Assembly (NCBI GenBank): GCA_043228905.1
Contig: JBHGNT010000015.1
Location: forward strand, 6,386,001 to 6,450,000
Source of the DNA: Azolla caroliniana
Lineage: Eukaryota > Plantae > Polypodiophyta
Length of the DNA stretch: 64,000 bases
Reading direction: 5' to 3'
Below, piece by piece: positions 1 to 12,091 of the stretch. The position numbers were made by a program, and so were the translations under genes. Every line of letters begins with the position of its first letter. Position 1 is the first letter of the stretch. Below the pieces are notes generated by a model. It saw only the letters and a program-made list of their open reading frames with translations, searched no databases and was not told where the DNA came from.

Positions 1-483
1 TTGCTGCCATTCTACACTCAGTTGCTACCACAATTCAGTCATGGATTGCTGTCATTGTTCAATCCGACGTAGTTCACTCCTCCATTACCACCATTCTACA
101 CTCAAGTGTCGCCATTATTCAGTCATGGATTGCTACTATTGTTCGATCCAACGGAGTTCACTCCTCCATTGCCGTCATTCTACACTTAGTTGCTGCCACT
201 CTTCGGTCCTGATTGCTACCACAGTTCGATCCGACGAACTTCCCTACTTAGTTGTCGCCATTGTACTCTCAGTTGTCGCCACTGTTCAGTCCTGGATTGT
301 TGCCACTGTTCTATCCGACGGAGCTCACTCCTCCATTGCCGCCATTCTACACTCAGTTGCCGCCACTGGTCGGTCCTGGATTGCTATCACTATTTGATCG
401 GACGTAGTTCACTCCTCCATTGTCACCATTGTAGTCTCAGTTGCCGCCACTATTCGGTCATGGATTACAATAACTATTCACTC
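1..483. repeat. 84-bp tandem repeat, ~5.7 degenerate copies (21+24+39 bp sub-units each starting TTGYYRCCA)
   Basis: CCATTCTACACTCA-like motif recurs at 7, 91, 175, ~258 and ~342. It runs off the left edge. The Cys/His-rich ORFs here are by-products of the repeat. Confidence 0.9.
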
Positions 484-539
484 AAATTGGTATCCATTGC
501 ATCTACATCTTTGTCTGTTGATTATCTTGTGTATAATCT

Positions 540-1385
540 TTGTCTGTCAATAACCGGTTTGCATGTGGTTTAGTAACTAGCTATGTGTTTATTTTTTGCT
601 TCAATTTACTAATGAATATGTCAACCCAAATGGAAGGGGAAGGAGGGTGTTTACCAACAACCCTCATGGATCATCAAGATAGGGATGACGCTATCAGTAG
701 ACAACAATCGATACGAAAGTATTGGGCAGAAAAAAAAGGAAACATCGTCAAATGTTGAAGGATAAGAAAGACACATTCACTAAAGGCAAGGATAGTATTG
801 GTTGTGATGTAGGTCTGAATACCACTAGGAATGGAAGTAATGAGACTACTATCATAGAGAGAAGGTTGTAGAGTATTTCAATGTTCAAACCAAACACATC
901 AACAATGAAGACAAGAAGGTAGTGCTTTATAGAATATTAAATGATCCATCGATAAAGGAGTTAATTTATTGTGTTGTCTTAATGCAAACATAACATCTGT
1001 ACTAGTAAATAATCTTCGTAATAGTTTCGTATCCATGAGCAGGTCAAAAGATGATCTTGTCTTAAAAAGGTCTAGTCTAATGATATTACTTAATAGTGAT
1101 GTTGCCGATCTTAACATCAGTGTACTATCTAAGGTAATCGGTGTTAGTAGAAAAAGTGTCTACAGGACAATGAACCGGATTATTTCAAGTGGTGAAGGAA
1201 CTAGTCTACTAAAGCTAACAACAAGATGTAAGCCAATGACACCCATAACATCATAAATCAAGGATATAATCATCGTATTTTAGACTAATGAGAGTAGGGT
1301 TTCACCCAATAAGGATTTATGCAAGAAACGTGTTGGAAGGAGTCAATACGAGGATCATCCCATTCATCTTCTTAATGTACCTTAG
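540..1385 (+). pseudogene. Degenerate DNA-transposon-type ORF fragment (superfamily unresolved)
   Basis: Broken frames give an HTH-like SKVIGVSRKSVYR and then IIVF*TNESRVSPNK..CKKRVGRSQYEDHPIHLLNVP. This resembles repetitive transposase-like hypothetical proteins of seed-free plants as I recall them. It is followed by a GT donor-like site at 1386. Confidence 0.4.
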
Positions 1386-1465
1386 GTATTTACATTTATC
1401 TCAACTTTTGTTTTGTTTTCTGAGCTTATTGTCACAAGTCTATACACTATTGAGATTACAATCAC

Positions 1466-2610
1466 TAGGTAATTAGCTACATCAAGGATCGGGCATAGCT
1501 AATTAACACCATACGATATTAGCCATAGCTAATTTGCTACATTTGGTAGGGCCATAGCTCGTTAGTAACATCAGGTCTAGATAGCTATGTCTCCTACTTA
1601 ACTACATAACCGATTTAGCTAACTGTGTCTCCTACTTGCTACTAGTAATAGCTAGTTAGCTACAATTGTTGCCAATTAGCATTAGAATATAACCATAGCT
1701 AACTAGCCACTGATAATAGCTAAATAGTTATTGCCAATAGCTAACTAGCTATTATCAACTAATTAGCTACCACAATAGCGAATTAGCTAAATCTAAATAT
1801 GATCATAACTAACTATCTATTGGAAATAGCTAACTAGCTATTGGTAATAGGTAATTAACTACTCTTAATAGGTAATTAGCTACTCTTAATAGGTAATTAG
1901 CAACTACTAATATCTAATTAGCTATTGGCAATAGTTAAAGTTAGCTATTATTAGCTAATTAGCTACAACTGTTGCTAATTAGCATAAGAATATGAGCATA
2001 ACTAACTAGCTACTAGTAATAGCTAATTCGCTACCACAAAAGCTAATTAGCTACATCAAAATATGATCATAGCTAACTAGCTACTCGAAATAGCTAACTA
2101 GCATGATAATAGGTCATTAGCTATTGGTAATAGTTAATTAGCTACAAGAAAGTATGATCATAGCTAATTAACTACCACACTATATCTAACTAGCTATTAA
2201 CTATTCTCAATAGTTAATTAGCTACTCTTAATAGCTAATTAGCTACTCTTAATAGCTAATTAACTACATGAAAGTATGATCATAACTAATTAGCTACCAC
2301 ACTATATCTAACTAGCTACTAGTAATATCTAACTAGCTATTGGTAATAGCTAATTAGCTATTGGTAATAGCTAATTAGGTATTGGTAATAGGTAATTAGC
2401 TACTCTTAATAGCTAATTAGCTACATTAAAATAGCTAATTAGCTACACGAGAGTATGATCATAGCTAATTAGCTACCACACTATATCTAACTAGATACTG
2501 GTAATAGTTAATTAGCTATATGTAATAGGTAATTAGCTACTCTTAATAGGTAACTAGCTACTGGAAATAGCTAATTAGCTATTGCTAATCGCTAATTAGC
2601 TACTCCTAAT
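1466..2610. repeat. AT-rich minisatellite built from the palindromes TAGCTA / AGCTAATTAGCT (~21-bp basic unit)
   Basis: Dozens of copies of (T)AATAGCTAATTAGCTA variants, with higher-order blocks such as AGTATGATCATAGCTAATTAGCTACCACACTATATCTAACTAG repeated at ~2152, 2273 and 2453. Confidence 0.9.
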
Positions 2611-3840
2611 TGTTGTTGGCCTAAAGAGTGTCCAGAGGAGTAATGTGAACAGGGACGAGTCGGCAAGTCGGAGTATAATAATATAATTATTGTATTAAAG
2701 TAAAGTAATATTATGTGTTGGCCTAAACAATGTTTACAGGAGTAATGTGAATAGGGGCAAGTCGGCAAGTCAGAGTATAATAATATAATTATTAGTATTA
2801 GTTAAGTAATATTATAGGAACAGATGGATCTAGATAGTTGTACCGATCCGGATCTGCATCGATTGATAGCCGGTAGTTAGGAAGACACTGTTTTGTAAGC
2901 TATATCGGATGCCTAAAAAAGGGTTCGGAATCGATGTAAATGTTAACGGAAGTAATAAGATATTAGTGTTTTTTGTTATTAATTCTATTGTTCCTGGTGT
3001 ACTTCTTGCCATTCTGTGCTTAAACTATTAATCTTACGCGTGTTATAAGTAATCGGTTGCATATTAAGTGATCGGATCGGAACCGGATAACATCCATACC
3101 CTAACCACCCCTTTGGAGAAGTGTTCCGGAACAGAGGAGGAAAATGACCGCCCACTGAAACCACCGGCACATGAACCCTTGTTGGAACCAGAACGAGCTA
3201 CAAAAGACGACAATATGCCGTACCCATATCCCAAATATAGGGATGAACAAGATGCAAAAGCACACATATACACTTTTTTGCAGACATGGGAGGCCAACAT
3301 GTTTCACAACGATTAATGGAAGCAGAAGTCGAGCGATAGAAAATCGCAAAATTCGGCATGTCACTAGAAGGACCGGCAGCAAGGTGGCACGTGAAGCACC
3401 TCCCGGGAAGCTTCGCCACATTTCAAGCCCTGCGGGAAAAGTTTTTGAGTTTGTTTCACCGACAGGTGGAGCAAAGGGAACTCGTCAGATAGTTCTACAC
3501 AACATACCAGGAAGCCAACAAAACCGTCCCGAAATTTATAATCCGGTTTCAGACATTGCACAACCAACTCACAAAGGAACCCCCGGAGGATGAAGCAAAT
3601 GTAGGTTGCAGTCTGGGAGCCACTACGGACAATGCTAGCAGTGCTAGATTTCCATACGAACACCATCGATGAAGTCATTGACCTAGTTGTGGAACTGGAT
3701 TAGGCCCAAAATGGAAATTACATGGCAATGGGGGCCTTACAATGCGCGCTGCCAGGAGAGGAGGACTTGCGATTCCGGTAGGCAGTACAGTGCACGACGT
3801 GTGTCAACACTGGTCATTCCATTGTGGAATGTACGATGTG

Positions 3841-3940
3841 GACCCAATATATGTTGTGGCACTCCCTGTCACACACCACGGACCGATGTGGACCCAATAT
3901 ATGTTGTGGCACTCCCTGTCACACACCACGGACCGATGTG
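3841..3940 (+). repeat. Perfect 50-bp tandem duplication inside the gag of element A
   Basis: GACCCAATATATGTTGTGGCACTCCCTGTCACACACCACGGACCGATGTG occurs twice in tandem. Confidence 0.95.
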
Positions 3941-4568
3941 AGTATAATTTATTAAATAGACAGGCAGCGCCGGTTCGACAAATTGAGCTTCAGAATGACC
4001 GACGACCGGAGGAGGAGCGGTCCCAGAGAGAGGACCGTTACAAACCAGAACGCGGATACTAGTACGATGATCGACAAAGAAAAGATTATGTTCGGGACTG
4101 CTATGAACGAAATTACTCTCGGAACTACGACCGGAGAGGAAGCGAAAGACGGTACATGGATAGGTAAGGGCACTACAATAACCAGCAAAACCCGAATCAC
4201 CGAAGGAGGAATTTTCGACGAGATGAGCGTCGGGAGATAGATCAGGAATACCATAGGGGGCCGGACACGAATCGATCCGCCTCACAGCCAAAGCAGTGAA
4301 GGCCGGAGGAGGCCAACAAGATGGATTCCGGCATTCCACCGTTTAATGCAGAAAGGGCGAATCAAGTGGACTCATGAAAGTATACTGCTACTACTGTCGG
4401 CAAGAGGGACACTATAGCAGCCAATGCCTGGTAAAGACTAAGGAGAAATAGTCGGCAATCAATATGGTGACCGCCGAGGTTATGGACGTTGAACAAGTCA
4501 CAACTCGGTCAAAAGAGAAGTCCACAGAACGGGAAAAGGAAGAAACAAGCCATGGAATGGATACAGCG

Positions 4569-5014
4569 TGTTAAGAGACAAGCTCAACATGGATAGAATC
4601 GGCCGAAGAAGACGAGGACCGAGGGCCGAGGGCCTAGAGTTGGGAGCCGAATCGAAGAAAGTGCAACTTGATTAGACCGAGTCGGAAGAATTCAAAAAAG
4701 GTTGTTGAAGGCATATATTCCTATTATGGTAGATAGGAATATTGTAGGCAGAATTCGTGTCAGGCTCATTTATGAGCATTCAAGTACTAACGATACTTGT
4801 GTCAGCCCACTCATCAAGGGCTTGTATAAAAAGTGCTCACTAAGCACAGTGTATGTACAGAGTGTTCATTATTCGAAATAGGAGTTGTTGTCTGCTCTCT
4901 ATGTCTCTCTCTCTCACTTACAAAATTCTCTGTGTTTACCTAACTGTCGAGTTTCCAAAACCAACTATGTACTCGGTGTCTATCGCACACACTTCAGCAC
5001 AAGTATTCTCTTCA
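4569..5014 (+). repeat. 5' LTR of copia B
   Basis: TG...CA ends, TATAAAA at ~4827, followed by the PBS. Homologous to 18399-18847 and, inverted, to 29240-29643. Confidence 0.9.
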
Positions 5015-6404
5015 TAGTACCAAAGCACGAGGGTTGAGACTCCTCTGCAGCCGATAGAAAAGCAAGCGCACAAGATAGAGTCAAGTTTCTCGTTTTTTGG
5101 AAAAGGAAAGACAAGAGCATGGACAGAGGAATGGGAAGCTTGCTTCCGACTGAAAAGTTCGATAGGAGAAACTATGTATCTTGGTCGTACAAGATGCACC
5201 AGTACCTGCTTGGGCACGGTTACTGGAGTTACATCGAAGGAGTTAATGATGTAGCACCCGAATCGACACACAGAGATTTCCCGGCCTGGGAACAGGTGGC
5301 AAGCAGAGATTTCCACGTGTGTAGAATACCATGGTAAATTCTCACCACATGATATTATATGGTCATGCCCTTAACATACTCCCCCTCTTTAAAACATTGC
5401 ACTCTTGCAATGGAATGTTAGGGAAGTTGTTCTAAGAGTATTTTCACGTTCCCATGTGGCATCTTTTATAGACTTATCCATCCATTTAATTTTAAATTCT
5501 CGGATTATTTTAGAACGCAAATTTTTTGTTTTAACATCGATAATTTTTTCTGGTATGTGTGGTTTAGAAGATAATTCTTCAAAAGTAACCAGAGTTTCAA
5601 TTGTCACTGTATTGTCGCCAGAACCAAGAAGTTCTTTTAGACGACTTACATAAAAAACTGGATGGATTTCAACGTCATCATGAAGAGCGAGAGGATAGGC
5701 TGATGAGCCAATGCGTTTGAGGACTGTAAAAGGTCCACAACACCATGGGGCTTACTTAGCGCACTTACCCGTAGACAATGTCTTAGAATTGTGAGGTACA
5801 TGTAAAAATACTTTCTGTCCAGGGTTGAATACATGAGGTTGCCTATTATGATCGGCATAAAAACATGCTCTATCTTGAGCTGTTTTTATATTATCTCATG
5901 CAATATGCAACATATCTTGCATATCCCGAAGAAAGTTTTGTGTACTTCGCAACTCATCATGATGTATATTAACATCAATCAGGACTCGTTGCTGAAAACC
6001 ATACATCAACATAAAAGGATTGTATCCTGTCGATGTATGCTTGGAACTGTTATAAGAAAACTCCAAAGTTGGGAGATAACGTTCCCATTTTGTTGGTTTT
6101 GTACCAACATATGCACGGGGCATGTCCTCAATAATTTGATTTACTCATTCTATCTATCCATCGGATTGAGGATGATCTGTGGAGCTCATGCTCAATGTAC
6201 TTTCTAACTTCTTAAAGACTTACGTCCAAAAGGCGCTAGTAAACTTTGGATCTCAATCACTCACGATATCCATCAGTAACCCATAAAAGTGAAATAACTC
6301 GTCAACGAACTGGTAAGCCAATTGAGGAGTTGTTACCGTGGTTTTTGTAGCAATAAATCTAGCCATTTTAGTTAGTCAATCAACCACAACCCAGATGGCA
6401 TCAT

Positions 6405-9400
6405 TGTCATGAACATATACCAAAACTCCAAGACTTGTAATAAGGATTCGAACCCATGACCTCTTCAAAGATAATGTGCAATTTCAACCACTAGGATACA
6501 TCATATTACATTTATTAAATTCTAAATTCTTATATTAGATCAGGAAAAAACATATCTAATAATGTGAAATGTTCCCACCGCATAGACTAACGCATGATTA
6601 CCAAGTGTCATGCTTGCATGAATGCCAAGTGGCACACTTGCATGAATGAGAAATGGCGAGCATGTGTGCCTATGAGGTGGCGAGCATGCATGTATCCAAA
6701 GCATGCTATATAAACATATAGCGAACTATTGATGAACCATTCTGGTTCAACGCCAGGCTTCGATGTACTCTTGTAACCGTTGTTCTCATTGCTATTATAA
6801 CCCTTGTTCTCATTGCTAATACATTTTCAATATCTTATTCCTCTCTTATTTTCTATTTCTCATTCTTTTCTTCATTTTAAACTTGTCTTTGGCTACGACC
6901 CTAACAGTTTGAACCGAAATCCCTAACCTTCCTCATTGTAATGTTTTTTTCCAAGGAACCTCTCATCCTATCTTCTCATAACCATGGCAACTGTAAGTGA
7001 ACAAGAATATATGCGCGTTCTAGGTGAACTTGAACGCTTGAACACCAAGTTCATGGCCTTAGAGCAAGAGAAGCAAAGGCTGCTCGGGGATTTACAACAA
7101 GTGAATGTCGAAAAAGCTCAACAATAGGAGGAATTAACTCAAAGGGTTCACCAACTTGAAGCGGCATTAATAACATTGCGACAACAAGTATTACAAGCAT
7201 CAAATTCGACAAAAGAACCCAAGATAAGCCTCCCATCGAAGTTTGATGGTACTCGATCACAATTTCAAGGATGTCTAAATCAGGTGCGTCTAGTATTTCA
7301 AGTACATCCCACTCGATATCCAACAGATTCGGCACGAGTAGGGTTGGTCGGAACTCTATTAACTGGTACAACATTGGCTTGGTTTGCGTCATTACTTGAG
7401 AAAAAGTGCCCTATTTTGGATCATTTTGATGAGTTTATTAAAGAGTTCCAAGCTTGTTTTGGAGATACTGATAGCATGAGAATAGCTATTAATAAGATTC
7501 GAAGGTTGCGACAAGGGGATCGCCCAGCCTCATCCTATGCGGTTGATTTTCGCCTTCTTGCATGTGACATTCCTTGGGACGAAGAGGCATTGATGGATCA
7601 ATTTCGTCACGGACTTCGTAATGATGTGAAAGACTTGCTTCTCAGTTTTCATGAAGATCCAAAATCTCTTACTGAGGTGATTAGTCGAGAATCGATTATT
7701 CGAGTGACGCTTTGAGCATCAACAATGGTCTCGACCTCGATTAGAGCAGACATATGCATCAGTAACATCACTACCTACATCTGGAACTATGCAGGTTCCT
7801 ATTTCTAGCCCAATAAGTGGTCCTACTCCAATGGAAATTGATTCTACACGTCGTCGAGGACCTTTAACACAAGCTGAAAAGCAGAGACGTCGGGCGAACC
7901 GCCTATGTTTATATTGTGGTGGTTCAGGACATATAGCGATAAGTTGTCCCCATCGACCTAGGCGTCAAGTTTACCAAGTAAGTGCTAGTACTAAATTGGA
8001 TCTCGATTCTCCAAATACATCTAGCAATCCTAGTAACCCTACACTTTCAAATCGTTTTGAAGTACTTAGCCAACTAGATGAGGTGTTAAAGGAGTAAATC
8101 CAACCAAAATAGGAGCCATTTGGTTGGATAACCCAGAATTTGTAGAGTCAGTCCATAGTAATGGTTCCATTTCATCGAACCAAGTTAATAGGGTTTTTGT
8201 TGCACATGTCGAGCTTAGTACCTCAAGATGTCATCAGGTCTTCGCATATGCTCTCTTAGATTCCAGAGCCAACTCTTGTTTCATGGACTAGAATTTTGCC
8301 TTGACACATAATATCTTATTAAAACCATTGCATTGTCCAGTATCAGTCACAATAATAGATGGTCGACCCATTGCCTCTGGAAATTTAACTGAAGAGTTTG
8401 AATCAATTCGTGTAGTTCTTGGTGATTTAGCTTGTGTCATCTCATTCAATATCATACATAGTCCGGAGCATCCGATTGTCCTTGGTCTACCTTGGTTTGA
8501 GCTTCACAACCCCCAGATTGACTGGAGAAAATGAGTTATCCTAGAATCCAAGGAAAACCATATATCAGATTTCCCTATTACTTATAACCCAAATTTAGAA
8601 TGCCATCAGATCTCAACAATATCTTTGGAAAACTTATGCAAAGAGGGAGAGAAAGAAGAAATGTTTATATTTGCGATAATAACAATGCCAACACCAACTC
8701 AACAAAAGTCAAGTACCTTTCTTCCAACCAAGTATCAAGAATTCCAAGATGTCTTCAATAAGGACAAAGTTGATAGACTCCCAGAACATCGACCTTATGA
8801 TTGTCCTATTGATCTTCAGCCAGGAAAAGATCCACCGTGGGAACCCAGTTATAGTTTATCACCTGCAGAGCTCAAGGTTCTTCGCGACTATATCGATGAA
8901 AATTTAACTACTGGATTTATTCGTCATTCCAAATCTCCTGCTGGCGCACCAATATTTTTTGTCCAGAAGAAAGATGGATCTCTTCGTTTGGTTGTAGATT
9001 ATCGAGGATTAAACAAAATCACAATTCGAAACAGGTGTGCCTTGCCTTTAATACCAACACTTTTGGGGCGGTTGAGTGGAACCAAATACTTTACAAAGAT
9101 CAATCTTAGAGGTGCTTACAATCTAGTTCGAATGCGTACGAGCGATGAATGGAAAACTGCATTTCACACTAGATATGGGCATTTTGTGTATACAATTATG
9201 CCATTCGGTCTTACAAATTCTCCTGTGGTTTTTCAGCATATGGCCAATGATATTTTCTGAGACTTCTTGGATATATTCACCGTCATTTATTTGGATGATA
9301 TCTTGATATGTTCCAGGCCTCAAGAAGAGCATAATGAGCATGTACGCCAAGTTCTACGACGATTACAAGAATATGGTCTCTATGCTAAACTCGAGAAATG

Positions 9401-12091
9401 TAGTTTTGATCGCAACCAAGTGGAATTCCTAGGGTACATAGTATCACCAAAAGGAATATCTATGGATCCAGCAAAGGTGCAAACAATTCTAGAGTGGGAA
9501 ACACCACAATTTGTGCATGATGTCCAGTGTTTCTTGGGATTTGCGAATTTTTACCGTAAATTCATCAGGAGCTACTCAAAGAAGGTGTTGCCTCTTACAC
9601 AATTAACACATAAAAACCAACCATTCATATGGAATTGGCATTCGAAAGCTTAAAACATGCGTTCACATCAGGTCCTATTTTGATCCATGCTGACCAAGAC
9701 AAGCCTTTTATTTTGGAAGGTGATGCATCATATTTTGCACTCGGGAGTGTCCTGTCACAACCCAAAGAAAATGGGCGATTATATCCAGTTGCTTTTCATT
9801 CGCGAAAATTTGAATCTACGGAAATTAATTATGAGATTCATGACAAGGAGCTTTTGGCTATTGTAGACTCTTTTGAGCATTGGCACCACTTCTTGGAAGG
9901 TTCTCCCATCAAATCATTGTCTATAATGATCACAAGAACCTAATGTATTTCCAGAATGCTCGAGTCTTAAATCGTCGACAGGCATGTTGAGCACAATTTC
10001 TTACACGCTTTGATTTCTTGATTGTGTATCGCCCCGCAATACACCAGGGAAAGGAAGATGCGCTATCTCGACGTTCGTACATGGCACCCTGTTTAGGGGA
10101 ACCTACTTTTCATCATCAAAAGCAGATCCTCCTTGGTCCTAATCGTTTACAAGTGATGGCCACTAATGCTTTTAAGACACCTACGGACTCGATACTTAGT
10201 ACGATTCATACTGATCTTGATGCAGACGAATTTGCCCAAGATTTCTTGAATCATATTATTCCAGATCGTGCTTCTTGTTCAAGGTCGATGAATTCTCGTA
10301 AAGATTATAATCGGTTCAGTTGGCATGATAATTTACTTTTTCGAAATAATTTTCTTTATTTCCCAGATGGCCACTCTCGACTCCTTATTTTACAACATTG
10401 CCATGACATGTCAATGGCTGGACATTTTGGAGTTCACAAAACATTCGAATTAGTTTCTAGAAATTATTGGTGGCCGCATCTTTGTAATTATGTTGAAAAC
10501 TACATTCGTAGTTGTGCTGCATGTTGTCGGTCCAAGTGTCCTCGACATCGACCATATGGTTTACTCCAACCCTTACCAGTTCCTGATAGTCCTTGGAATT
10601 CTATATCTATGGATTTCATTACTGATCTTCCATCTTCCAAAGGTTTTGATTCCATCCTTACTATTGTAGAACGGTTCACTAAGATGACACATTTTCTACC
10701 ATGCACAAAGACTATTAATAGTCAAGAGACATGGTTATGCGTGAAGTGTTTCGGCATCATGGTCTTCCTGATGACATCATTAGTGATCGAGGACCAAAAT
10801 TTATCTCAACATTTTGGAAACACTTGTTTGGGCTCCTTCAAATTGATTGTAAACTCTCTTCAAGCTATCACCAAGAGACAAATGGTTAAAATTACAGTTC
10901 ATTCTTACAACAATTCAGTTCATTCTTCTACCAAAATTACTCCCTTCTTTGCCAACACTGGTATTCATCCCTATTGGACAATTCTTGACCAACCAAGAAT
11001 CTCGAAAAACCCCGCTACGGAGGATCGCCTACGTCATATCCGAGAAATTCATATTGCTCTTTCTCATCATTTACATCACACTAAAACCACCCATAAGAAA
11101 TTTGTAGATCGTCATCGACTCAACTCATCACCGGAAAAACCCAAATTTCAAGTTGGAGATAGTGTATGGATCTTACGATGTAATGTGAAGACCACTAGGC
11201 CTTGTAACAAGCTGGATTATCAACGCCTTGGTCCATATTTAATCACTAAACAAATCAATGAAGTTGCTTTTCAACTCGATCTCCCTCCTCATATGCGTCT
11301 TCACGCAGTGTTCCATGTCTCACTCTTGGAACCTTATACTTCAAACTCTATTCTAGATCACGTTGTTCCCCCTCCACCTTCTATTGAGCTTGATGAAGGC
11401 CTAGAATATGAAGTAAAAGCCATTTTGGACTCCAAAGTTGTGAAGAACAAATTGTATTACTTTGTTGATTGGTTGGGTTATGCACCTGCGGATCGAACAT
11501 GGGAGCCAGCTAAAAATCTCAATAATACCAAAGAACTGGTTGTTGAATTTCATCAACGATATCCAAATAAGCCAACTCCTAGTTTGTGCATTGCGACTCG
11601 TGGAACTCGTTGTCAAAGGAAGGGGATAATGTCATGAACATATACCAAAACTCCAAGACTTGTAATAAGGATTCGAACCCATGACCTCTTCAAAGATAAT
11701 GTATAGATTCAACCACTATTAAATTGTAAATTCTTATATTAGATCAGGAAGAAACATATCTAATAGTGTGAAGCATTGCCACCGCATAGGCTGACGCATG
11801 ATTACCAAGTGTCATGCTTGCATGAATGCCAAGTGTTGCATGAATGACAAATGGCGAGCATGCGTGCCTATGAGGTGGCGAGCATGCATGTATCCAAAGC
11901 ATGTTATATAAACATATAGCGAACTATTGATGAACCATTCCGGTTGAACGCCAATCTTCGGCGTACTCTTGTAACCCATGTTCTCATTGCTAATACATTT
12001 TCAATATCTTATTTCTCTCTCATTCTTCTCTTATTTTCTATTTCTCATTCTTTTCTTCATTTTAAACTTGTCTTTGTCTACGACCCTGACA
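6405..12091 (+). mobile_element. Full-length Tcn1-like chromovirus (Ty3/gypsy) element D, coding regions disrupted
   Basis: LTRs 6405-6906 and 11630-12091 (TG..CA) with a perfect TSD ATCAT (6400-6404, 12092-12096). Gag 6984-8097 (PSKFDGTRS, PMEID, CLYCGGSGHIAISC). Protease ALLDS(R)A ~8252, RT YLDD ~9290, RNase H, integrase HHCC and GPY, chromodomain YEVKAILD..YFVDWLGY..RTWEP. PPT ~11616-11629. Confidence 0.95.
8085..8128 (+). promoter_or_regulatory. Putative -1 ribosomal frameshift signal at the gag/pol junction of element D
   Basis: G_TTA_AAG heptamer in gag frame, 7-nt spacer, then a perfect 10-bp stem TCCAACCAAA/TTTGGTTGGA. The protease lies in the -1 frame. Confidence 0.7.

Noticed and set aside
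41-573. Cys/His-rich ORFs resembling metallothionein or zinc-finger proteins
   Set aside because: They are translations of an 84-bp tandem repeat open in several frames, with no gene structure.
10018-11637. 539-aa ORF as an intact or domesticated integrase
   Set aside because: The central catalytic region is out of frame and partly deleted (~10730-10890). It is a decayed part of element D.
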